Below, one piece after another: positions 47,603 to 55,243 of a stretch of 64,000 nt of DNA (positions are counted from its first letter, which is position 1; each line of letters opens with the position of its first letter). The translations under genes were made by a program, and so were the position numbers. The DNA lies in IMG/VR virus record IMGVR_UViG_3300034161_000018, positions 128,001-192,000 of that record; one strand, 5' to 3'. The notes below the pieces were generated by a model, which saw only the letters and a list, made by a program, of their open reading frames with translations, made no database searches and was not told where the DNA came from. Origin of the DNA: a virus (taxonomy: Duplodnaviria; Caudoviricetes).

Positions 47603-48088
47603 ATGGCTAAGAAACAAGCAGCGAAATCGAAAGCGAAAAAAGCGATCACCCTCGATATGAACATCGTGAACATGGACGCTTTCATCAGCATGCTACTGGC
47701 CCTGCAAGAATCCGGCGCCACCGAAATCGACGAAGCGATTGCGTGGGCACAAGAACAGAAAGGTGAAGAAGCCGACTTCGAGGACGACGAAGACGACGAA
47801 GACGAAGACGACGATTCGGAAGATGATGATTCCGAAGACGACGACGATTCGGACGACGACGAAGACGAAGACGACGAAGACGACGAAGACGAAGATGATT
47901 CGGACGACGACGAAGACGACGAAGACGACGAGGAAGATGATTCCGAAGACGACGACGAAGACGACGAAGACGACGAAGATGACGACTTCGAGGACGACGA
48001 AGACGAAGACGACGACGAAGACGACGAAGACGACGAAGATGATTCGGACGACGACGAAGACGACGAAGACGAAGACGACGACGAGTAA
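47603..48088 (+). CDS. poly-acidic protein (basic N-tail, ~105-aa almost pure D/E tract)
   Basis: GGAG SD; GAC/GAA codon repeats. Confidence 0.8.
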   Translation: MAKKQAAKSKAKKAITLDMNIVNMDAFISMLLALQESGATEIDEAIAWAQEQKGEEADFEDDEDDEDEDDDSEDDDSEDDDDSDDDEDEDDEDDEDEDDSDDDEDDEDDEEDDSEDDDEDDEDDEDDDFEDDEDEDDDEDDEDDEDDSDDDEDDEDEDDDE

Positions 48089-48157
48089 TCCTGCAAACAC
48101 TTCGGCGCCGACTCTAGGGGAAACCTGAGCGAGTCGTAACAACGAAAAGTTTACCCT

Positions 48158-48190
48158 AAGCCCTCGACCCAAAAAGTCGGGGGCTTTTTA
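48158..48190 (+). terminator. Rho-independent terminator
   Basis: AAGCCCTCGAC-CCAAAAA-GTCGGGGGCTTTTT. Confidence 0.8.
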
Positions 48191-48234
48191 CGCGCAAAAT
48201 TTTACTTCCCAAAATCGAAACAAGGAATACAGCA

Positions 48235-48879
48235 ATGGCTGGCAAGAACGACGTAGTGATTCACAAAGGTAAAGAAGTTTCCCGTCTGCGCAAACAACTG
48301 CGCGCCCTGCAATCCGCCCAAACCGGCATCAACAAAGGCAGCGAAGCGCTGGCCGCTCAAATCGCCGACGTTGAAGCGCGCATCGGTGAAGTCGAAGAAC
48401 TGAACGGCGAAGCCGAAGCACCGAAAACCAAAAAAGCTTCCAAGGCCGAAGCCAAGCCTGCCGCCAAAGCTGGCCGCAAGTCCAAGAAAGACGCCGAAGA
48501 AGAAAAGCCGAAAGCCAAAGCTGGCCGCAAGCCGAAGAAAGACGCCGAAGAAGAAGCGCCGGTGAAAGGCAAGGCCGGTCGCAAGGCCAAGGCTGAAAAA
48601 GAAGAAACCAAACCGGCCAAGAAATCCAAAAAGGCCGACAAGGAAGAAGAAGCCAAGCCAGCCAAGAAAGTGAAAAAGGCTGACAAAGCGGCGAAGGAAG
48701 AAAAGCCTTCCAAGAAAGCTGACAAGAAATCGAAGAAAGCCGAGAAGGAAGAAAAGCCTTCCAAGAAAGACGGCAAGAAGTCGAAGAAAGGCTCCGAAGA
48801 AAAAGGCGGCAAGAAAGTGAAGAAAGAAAAGACCAAGCGTCAGGAAGCTGATGACTTCGACGAATTCGATCTGGACTGA
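48235..48879 (+). CDS. Lys-rich histone-like protein with short acidic C-tip
   Basis: AAGGA SD; coiled-coil N-terminus, K/A/E repeats, ends DDFDEFDLD. Confidence 0.8.
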   Translation: MAGKNDVVIHKGKEVSRLRKQLRALQSAQTGINKGSEALAAQIADVEARIGEVEELNGEAEAPKTKKASKAEAKPAAKAGRKSKKDAEEEKPKAKAGRKPKKDAEEEAPVKGKAGRKAKAEKEETKPAKKSKKADKEEEAKPAKKVKKADKAAKEEKPSKKADKKSKKAEKEEKPSKKDGKKSKKGSEEKGGKKVKKEKTKRQEADDFDEFDLD

Positions 48880-48923
48880 TTCGACGCCGAGCGGCCTGTT
48901 AGCTAACAGCTAACGCGCACCAC

Positions 48924-48956
48924 AAAAAACCACTGACTAACCCTCAGTGGTTTTTT
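48924..48956 (+). terminator. Rho-independent terminator
   Basis: AAAAAACCACTGA-CTAACCC-TCAGTGGTTTTTT. Confidence 0.85.
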
Positions 48957-48973
48957 CATTTCTGGAGCAAATC

Positions 48974-49726
48974 ATGCACTGGCTACATTCCGTTGACCAA
49001 TTGGTTTACCACGTAGGTTCCACTAGCCACACAGTCGATGAATACTATCGCGTGTTGTGCGAACTTTTGGAAGATCGACAGTTTGCCGTAGTGTCGTCAT
49101 TCGCGGAAGCTAAACGCTGCGAAGGCTCAAACATTCTTGACGAAGCTATCGTCAAGGACAAGAACGAAAAACAGAATCATCGGCTGAAAGCGGAAGCCAA
49201 TCTGCTGCAAAACAAAAGCCGAAGCATTATTGCGACACCTGCCCTCGACGCCGCCCGGCTAGAGATTTGGGCAATCCAAACCCTCCTTTCGGAAATCGAA
49301 TCCGAACGTGCTTACAAAGACCTCCCCGCCCCTCTCGCCCACCAGAAAATCCAATACTACGAAAACATCCTCGACCTTGCGTGGAAAGCGTTTGTCGAAT
49401 TCAAATCGTATGGCGCCCTGAGTCCTGAATCCAATGCTCAAATGTTGGCCCGAGGTTTGGATTTCAAATTCGACCGTTTGGAAACCCGCGCCGCACTTTA
49501 CGCCTATGTTTGCACCGAAATGGGATGGGCACACCTTTCCCTAATGTCACCGATCTATTTGAACGACCTGCGAGAAACTGTAAACTCTAGACTAGAGAGC
49601 AGTGACGCAATGCAGAAATGTATTGCCACGCATCAATCTGGTTACATGGAGGCCATGCAAAATGGTATCGCAGAGTTTTCGGGAATTGGTAACAGCGGCA
49701 CAAGAAATCAAATATCAGCAAAATGA
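48974..49726 (+). CDS. hypothetical protein
   Basis: GGAG SD before ATG 48974. Confidence 0.7.
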   Translation: MHWLHSVDQLVYHVGSTSHTVDEYYRVLCELLEDRQFAVVSSFAEAKRCEGSNILDEAIVKDKNEKQNHRLKAEANLLQNKSRSIIATPALDAARLEIWAIQTLLSEIESERAYKDLPAPLAHQKIQYYENILDLAWKAFVEFKSYGALSPESNAQMLARGLDFKFDRLETRAALYAYVCTEMGWAHLSLMSPIYLNDLRETVNSRLESSDAMQKCIATHQSGYMEAMQNGIAEFSGIGNSGTRNQISAK

Positions 49727-50006
49727 ACTGCGCACCGCCGCGTTCACTGAGTTCCGGTTCCAACACGGTGACGCGGAACTGGCGTTCTACGCATCGTTCA
49801 ACACCGAGACTTGCCGACTCGATTACAACATTGTGCAAAACGGTTTCGACGTAAAACTCGTTACCGACGTTGAACCAGCCGTGTTTGTTCAATACGGTGA
49901 ATTCATTCGGTTGCACGAAGCATGGGCCGCTGGCCTGAGTGATCGTCCGGTTTTCGTTTCGGAAATCCCTGAGCCTGAATATCAGGAACCAGAAGTGCCG
50001 GAATGA
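49662..50006 (+). CDS. hypothetical protein
   Basis: GGAGG SD before ATG 49662; AAACTGTAAA at 49575-49584. Confidence 0.65.
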   Translation: MVSQSFRELVTAAQEIKYQQNELRTAAFTEFRFQHGDAELAFYASFNTETCRLDYNIVQNGFDVKLVTDVEPAVFVQYGEFIRLHEAWAAGLSDRPVFVSEIPEPEYQEPEVPE

Positions 50007-50653
50007 TAAACCTCTATTCGTGTGGCTGTCATGCAACCGGCGACATTCCGATCCTAACTCGTTGTGCAATTCATAACGGTTGGATCGTCGCCGCAATAGA
50101 TCATGCGAGACAACGCGAGGTTTTGAAAACGAAGCGGGTAACTGTTTGGCACGACACGCTGCCGAATAATCTACGCCAGCTTCCGGACGGGCGATTCCAT
50201 CATATCTTCGCCTACCCCGAACACGACATTCTGTACGCCACCAACAGCATGACGCGGAAAGCGTGGCGCGAATCCAATCTCGAATTGTTTGCTCAAATCA
50301 AACGGCTTTTGAAGCCGGGCGGTTACGCAACTTTGATCGTTGATTACTTCGCGCTGCACACGGTTCTGTATCAGGCCCGAATGGCAAAGCTGGATTTCAG
50401 GATTGGCCGGACGCTTTTCAAAGAGTTTGTTCCGGAACCACTCTACAGCCGGAAGTATGAGTTCACAGATGCAAAGGTCATGGTTGATCTTTACGTCGGC
50501 GAGAAAATCAAACTTCCTGAATCCGGCGAATTGGTTTTGGACATTAGTTCAATCCTGCTTGACCGAACCCTTAGACGCGCCAAGGACAATAAAGTTCTGG
50601 CGCTTTGCAGTTGTCCCCACCGCTTCAAACTTATAAAAGGAAACATGCGATGA
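50003..50653 (+). CDS. degenerate N6/N4 DNA methyltransferase-like protein (predicted inactive)
   Basis: LRQLPDGRFHHIFAYPEH (motif IV region, no DPPY), IKRLLKPGG, GELVLDIS (motif I region, no FxGxG). Confidence 0.5.
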   Translation: MINLYSCGCHATGDIPILTRCAIHNGWIVAAIDHARQREVLKTKRVTVWHDTLPNNLRQLPDGRFHHIFAYPEHDILYATNSMTRKAWRESNLELFAQIKRLLKPGGYATLIVDYFALHTVLYQARMAKLDFRIGRTLFKEFVPEPLYSRKYEFTDAKVMVDLYVGEKIKLPESGELVLDISSILLDRTLRRAKDNKVLALCSCPHRFKLIKGNMR

Positions 50654-51105
50654 ACGTAATCCTCACTGGCACCGCTGCCGACCTTGAAACTCTGGCAGCC
50701 GAAAGAACCGCCGCACGTTTGGCGAATGACGAACCGACATTCAACGAACTGACCTACATGCTCGGCGAAATTGACCGCAAGAAAGGCGGCAAGAAGTACA
50801 ACGCGGAAACCGTAGCGCTGGAAGTCGCCGCTGCTCTGGCCCAACAGTTCAACAACAACGCCGAAGACGAAAAGATTCAGAATCAGTTCGACCTGATCTG
50901 CAAACTGAAATCGAGTGCAAACTTCTACCTGCGTATGCTGCCGACTCCGCTGACCGAAGAAGAAATCGAAGCGCAGTTTGAAATCGCGGTCGCCAACGGC
51001 GCTACGCAAATCAACCACTTCACCACGCACTTCGATAAGCACTGGTTCGGTCGCACCACTCGTTCCGTAATCATCGAAAAAGCAAAAGCTCGTACCGGTC
51101 GTTAA
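50650..51105 (+). CDS. GatB/YqeY-like protein
   Basis: C-half MLPTPLTEEEIEAQ...GAT...GR resembles YqeY YLPxQLSEEEI. Confidence 0.55.
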   Translation: MNVILTGTAADLETLAAERTAARLANDEPTFNELTYMLGEIDRKKGGKKYNAETVALEVAAALAQQFNNNAEDEKIQNQFDLICKLKSSANFYLRMLPTPLTEEEIEAQFEIAVANGATQINHFTTHFDKHWFGRTTRSVIIEKAKARTGR

Positions 51106-51117
51106 GGGGATTTGACG

Positions 51118-51780
51118 GTGGCAAAGATCAAAGTTGGAAAAGTCGTTACGAAGCGCAAGCCTAGTACCAAACCGAAAAAGAGCGCCGCCGCCAAAGAAGC
51201 CGAGAACCGAACGAAGCGTCTCAAAACAGGCAAGGCTGCGAAAGCCAAACCGGCCAAACCAGATGGGGAACGCCGCGCATACGGGCACACATTCAAACTG
51301 AAAAAGTTTGATAGTCCGGGCATTCGCGCTTTGCCTGATACACCATTCACAAAGCAGGGTATGTCCCTGCCGAAACTTTTGCGCGGAACCCCACGGCTGT
51401 TTATCAACAACGCAATCAACGTTGACGCCCACGGTGCCGTAAAAAGATTGCGCACGAAAACCGGCAAGCCAATGCTGCGCGGCATTATGTGGTCGAGTGA
51501 TCCGCATCGCCCGTTCAAGGTTCGCCGTTATCACGAAACCTACATCATCGGTCTTGACGACAATCAGGACAAAGAAGTTCACACGCACCGGAAAGTTTTG
51601 GTACAGTGCCAGTGCGAGGCGTTCGTTTTCAACTTTGAATACGCAAACGCCACGGTCGGCGCATCCCGTTTGATTTATTCCAACGGCGCCCCGCCAGTGT
51701 ACACCAACCCAGGACTGATGCCCGGATTGTGCAAACACCTTGTCGCTCTCTACAAGATCGCAAAGGTTTACAACCTGTGA
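51118..51780 (+). CDS. SWIM-type zinc finger protein with basic N-tail
   Basis: CQCEAF...CKHL. Confidence 0.7.
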   Translation: MAKIKVGKVVTKRKPSTKPKKSAAAKEAENRTKRLKTGKAAKAKPAKPDGERRAYGHTFKLKKFDSPGIRALPDTPFTKQGMSLPKLLRGTPRLFINNAINVDAHGAVKRLRTKTGKPMLRGIMWSSDPHRPFKVRRYHETYIIGLDDNQDKEVHTHRKVLVQCQCEAFVFNFEYANATVGASRLIYSNGAPPVYTNPGLMPGLCKHLVALYKIAKVYNL

Positions 51781-51896
51781 AATCGCTTTTATATTGGCTG
51801 TTCGGTATTTTATTCAGCGTTGGGTTTATTCTCGGCGCCGGTTTCGCCAACATCTGGCCTTACTTAAAATCATTGCTTCACGCATTGACTGCATAA
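51777..51896 (+). CDS. 39-aa single-pass membrane microprotein (not in ORF track)
   Basis: GTGA overlap; MKSLLYWLFGILFSVGFILGAGFANIWPYLKSLLHALTA; fills the gap exactly. Confidence 0.55.
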   Translation: MKSLLYWLFGILFSVGFILGAGFANIWPYLKSLLHALTA

Positions 51897-51906
51897 GGGG
51901 AACGTA

Positions 51907-52434
51907 ATGTCTCTCGGAAAACTGACGCTTCAAACGGTTCTGGATAATGGTCGCCGCATGGGCGCAGCCATTGAAGGAATCCGAATTCAGAATGTGAAAA
52001 TCGCATGGCCGAAAGACGACGATCCCGAAGCGCTGGCGGCGCACCTTGAATTCCGACGTTTCGCAATGCGCCAACTGGATGACGATCAAGTCAAATCCGG
52101 AATCGCAAACGTCGTCAACTACGGTGGCCCGGCTCACATCGAAGCCGCAAAACAATTGCCGCGTATTGCCTTGACGCAAAACCAAAAGATGGCAGCGCTG
52201 GCGTACAAGTATTACCAGCATGGCGAATGGCGCCCGAAGGCTGGCGACTTCTACACAACCGCACGCGCTGACCTTGAACTTTACCGCGTTGTGAAAATCG
52301 AAAACGAAATCGTCTACACTGAATACTGCCACTTGCCCGGCGTGCTTTCGGAATGGCCTCAAGACGGTTTCACCACGGAAGGCTTTGGCCCGCGCCGCGT
52401 GTACGTGCCGGAACATTGCTTCAACATTATCTAA
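51907..52434 (+). CDS. hypothetical protein
   Basis: AGGGG SD, 175 aa. Confidence 0.75.
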   Translation: MSLGKLTLQTVLDNGRRMGAAIEGIRIQNVKIAWPKDDDPEALAAHLEFRRFAMRQLDDDQVKSGIANVVNYGGPAHIEAAKQLPRIALTQNQKMAALAYKYYQHGEWRPKAGDFYTTARADLELYRVVKIENEIVYTEYCHLPGVLSEWPQDGFTTEGFGPRRVYVPEHCFNII

Positions 52435-52444
52435 AAGGTGCGTT

Positions 52445-52678
52445 ATGTCATTTGGTGAAGTGTGGGAACTCGCAATAGCCGGTAGCCGAATCCGCCGAAA
52501 AGGTTGGAACGGGCCGGGGCAATACGTTTGGCTGGAAAGAGGTTTTGAAGGTTTCCAACCAGTGAACGTAATCCGAAATGCACAAGGGCAACTCCAACCC
52601 GGCTGGCTCCCTTCGATGGGCGACCTGCTGGCGAACGATTGGGAAACTTGTGACCCGACTGTGGGTGGTTTGACTTAA
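52445..52678 (+). CDS. tad2: Tad2/DUF2829-family protein (Thoeris anti-defence sponge-like)
   Basis: MSFGE..LA..G.RIRRKGWNGPGQY ... WLPSMGDLLANDW, the characteristic DUF2829 N- and C-terminal motifs. Confidence 0.8.
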   Translation: MSFGEVWELAIAGSRIRRKGWNGPGQYVWLERGFEGFQPVNVIRNAQGQLQPGWLPSMGDLLANDWETCDPTVGGLT

Positions 52679-52687
52679 CGGTGTGCT

Positions 52688-53701
52688 ATGTCCAGCGACA
52701 AAAACCTAACAGGTGAACAGATTCAACAGATTATGGATATGTTTTTGTATAAAGCATTAGAACCCATAATCATGAACACCAATGCGTTTGACGCGCAGGC
52801 TGAATATTTGCTGATGCTTATCGCTGCAAACGGCAAACGCAAACTCAGTAGTTTGGATCGTGAAGTTGTGGTTGAGTTGCTGGCGGCATACGTGGCACAA
52901 CCCGACCGGCGTAAAAAGTACGAACTCATTCGCGAGGCCCGCATCGAAAGATATTTCCTGCATGGTTTCGCGAAAAAGTTTGTGACGGACAATCTCGAAT
53001 TCGTCCGTAGTTACAACGAATACATTGAGGCGCCGACGGCTTCCGTCCGCAACTACCTCAATAACCGCGCTGCCATCATCGGTGATTGTGGACGCGCAGA
53101 TTTCTTTAATGCGGTTCGCGTTTCCAATGCGTACCTCAAACGCTTCTATGAATATCGGGAAACGATCATTGGTCATTACCTGAAACATAGCAGCAAACAA
53201 GCAAAGGCTTATGTCAGTCAGAGTCATGGCGGTTCGGATTTTCGGGACTTGCGCCAGTCGATTTTGAAAGCGGTGATTACTGCACTGGATAAGTACGATA
53301 GCCGGAAAGGCGCGCTGACCTCCTACATCAACTTCTGGATTTTCAACGCGGCCACTGGCTCGACCGAACATGAATACGGTATCGCCTACACGATTCCTCA
53401 AACACAGAAAAAGAAATTGTTTGAGAAACAGAGTAGCGAAGTAAACTTTAGTGTCAGCCTCGACGCACTGACCAAGAACGATGACGACGAAAACAATCTG
53501 GCGCTACACTCGACGCTAGGTTCTGACAACCAACTCGATGAAGACATTGAGAATATGGAAACCAGCCGAATCGTCCAAGCGCTTGCGAAATGCGTTGACC
53601 GGCGCGGCGTTGCCCGCCTGTGCCTAGACATTGGGGAGTATTTCAGTCCGGGCGAAATGCGAAAGATGCACGATCAAATGCTGAGCGAAGGGCTGGCCTG
53701 A
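52688..53701 (+). CDS. phage RNA polymerase sigma factor (sigma70 regions 2-3, no region 4)
   Basis: DLRQSILKAVITALDKYDSRKGALTSYINFWIFNA (region 2.2-2.4), YTIP, VSLD (region 3.2). Confidence 0.75.
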   Translation: MSSDKNLTGEQIQQIMDMFLYKALEPIIMNTNAFDAQAEYLLMLIAANGKRKLSSLDREVVVELLAAYVAQPDRRKKYELIREARIERYFLHGFAKKFVTDNLEFVRSYNEYIEAPTASVRNYLNNRAAIIGDCGRADFFNAVRVSNAYLKRFYEYRETIIGHYLKHSSKQAKAYVSQSHGGSDFRDLRQSILKAVITALDKYDSRKGALTSYINFWIFNAATGSTEHEYGIAYTIPQTQKKKLFEKQSSEVNFSVSLDALTKNDDDENNLALHSTLGSDNQLDEDIENMETSRIVQALAKCVDRRGVARLCLDIGEYFSPGEMRKMHDQMLSEGLA

Positions 53702-53713
53702 CCGGCCCCGGCA

Positions 53714-53723
53714 AAACTGTAAA
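53714..53723 (+). promoter_or_regulatory. AAACTGTAAA motif upstream of SSB
   Basis: Exact copy, 36 nt upstream of ATG 53760. Confidence 0.7.
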
Positions 53724-53759
53724 CACAACTTGTTATTTTCTCACGAAGGAATGCCAACA

Positions 53760-55178
53760 ATGGCTGCAAAAGGCTTTAAAGGTCTGAAACCAAAAACCGG
53801 GAACAAGGATTCGCTCCGCCTTGAGGAACTGATCGACGTTCACAAGTTCCCCGATGACAAGTGGCTTCAACTCCGCTTTATCGAAAAGGTTGACCCGCTT
53901 GTGGTCAAGCAGCACTGGATCAAAATTCTCGGCGGCAAAGACAAACGCGAAATCACCATTCCGCGTTTCTGCATCGCGTTCGATCCGCTCGATCCGGAAA
54001 CCCCGAAAGAAGGCATCACCTGCCCGTACTGCGAAATCAGTTCCGGCAAAGACGGCGCACAACGCGCTTCGGAATTCTTCCTTATCAACGCAATCGTGCG
54101 TGACATTCAGGAAGAAGAACCGGCGAAGAAAGCCAAGTACACCAAAGACGAAGAAAAGACCGGCTTCAAAGATATGCGGTCGAAATCGTGGACTCCGGTT
54201 CGCGTGATCCGTCTGCCGGGCACACTGGTCGCCCGTATTCAGGAATTGGGTGAAACCAATATCCAGAAAGACAAAAAGACCAAAGAGAAAGCGCAGTACG
54301 ACGCTTCCCATCCGAAGTACGGCTTCGATGTTCAGATCAAGTACAAACCGAAAGCGGCTGGCACCGACAAATATTCTTGCGACAAAGTAGACGGCGGTTG
54401 CACTCCGTTGTCGTCGGAAGAAAAAGAATACCTCGTTTACAAACTCGACGAAGCTCTACTCGACCAAGCTGGCCGCATGAGCCAGAAGGGCGCGAACGAA
54501 GATTTCAAACGCATGGAAATCGCCGGTGACATTCCGGATGACGACGATGACGATGACGACGACGCGCCGAAAGGCAAGAAGTCGAAAAAGAAAGGCCGGT
54601 CGCTCGACGATGACGACGAAGACGACGACATTCCGTCGAACAAGAAATCCAAAAAAGGCAAAAAGCCTTTCGAGGATGACGAAGACGACGAAGACGAAGA
54701 TGATGACGACGAAGACGAAAAACCGAAGAAGTCGTCGAAGTCCTCCAAGTCGAAAGTGAAGGACAAAAAGAAATCCAAGAAGTCGTCGAAAGACGATGAC
54801 GATGAAGATGACGACGAAGACGACGAAGATGAAAAACCGAAAAAGTCGTCCAAGTCCAAGGTGAAAGAAAAAGCCAAGTCGTCCAAAAAGAAATCATCGA
54901 AAGATGACGATGACGACGAGGATGATGAAGACGACGAAGACGAGAAACCGAAAAAGTCTTCCAAGTCCAAGGACAAAGCCAAGTCGAAAGACAAGGTGAA
55001 GCCGAAGAAGAAATCGTCGAAAGACGATGACGACGATGAAGACGAAGACGAAAAGCCGAAGAAGAAGTCGAAAGACTCCGGCAAGAAGTCCAAGTCCAAA
55101 GGCGACGACAAGAAGTCTTCCGGCAAGAAAAAGAAAAAGAAAGCCAGCTCGATCAACGACGATGACGATGACGAGTAA
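53760..55178 (+). CDS. T4 gp32-like single-stranded DNA-binding protein with long K/D/S low-complexity tail
   Basis: LRFI..., CPYC, FLINAIV, YGFDVQI pattern of gp32-type OB fold; lies next to recA. Confidence 0.6.
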   Translation: MAAKGFKGLKPKTGNKDSLRLEELIDVHKFPDDKWLQLRFIEKVDPLVVKQHWIKILGGKDKREITIPRFCIAFDPLDPETPKEGITCPYCEISSGKDGAQRASEFFLINAIVRDIQEEEPAKKAKYTKDEEKTGFKDMRSKSWTPVRVIRLPGTLVARIQELGETNIQKDKKTKEKAQYDASHPKYGFDVQIKYKPKAAGTDKYSCDKVDGGCTPLSSEEKEYLVYKLDEALLDQAGRMSQKGANEDFKRMEIAGDIPDDDDDDDDDAPKGKKSKKKGRSLDDDDEDDDIPSNKKSKKGKKPFEDDEDDEDEDDDDEDEKPKKSSKSSKSKVKDKKKSKKSSKDDDDEDDDEDDEDEKPKKSSKSKVKEKAKSSKKKSSKDDDDDEDDEDDEDEKPKKSSKSKDKAKSKDKVKPKKKSSKDDDDDEDEDEKPKKKSKDSGKKSKSKGDDKKSSGKKKKKKASSINDDDDDE

Positions 55179-55190
55179 CACGTAACCGAA

Positions 55191-55218
55191 GAAGGGGGCC
55201 AAAGCGGCCTCCTTTTTT
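55191..55218 (+). terminator. Rho-independent terminator
   Basis: AAGGGGGCC-AAAGC-GGCCTCCTTTTTT. Confidence 0.8.
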
Positions 55219-55243
55219 CCGCCCATATTCAGGATTCGTGAGA

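Noticed and set aside
29136-54897. Long Ser-, Phe/Leu- or Val-rich ORFs in the track (e.g. 29136..29777-, 29954..32197-, 40522..42396-, 41646..42125-, 47536..48096-, 54437..55156-)
   Set aside because: Antisense shadows of acidic/basic or codon-biased genes; no SD and no independent motifs.
41775-55175. Tandem GAC/GAA/GAT repeats that superficially resemble an array
   Set aside because: They lie in frame inside CDSs encoding D/E tracts, with no constant repeat and unique spacer alternation, so not CRISPR.
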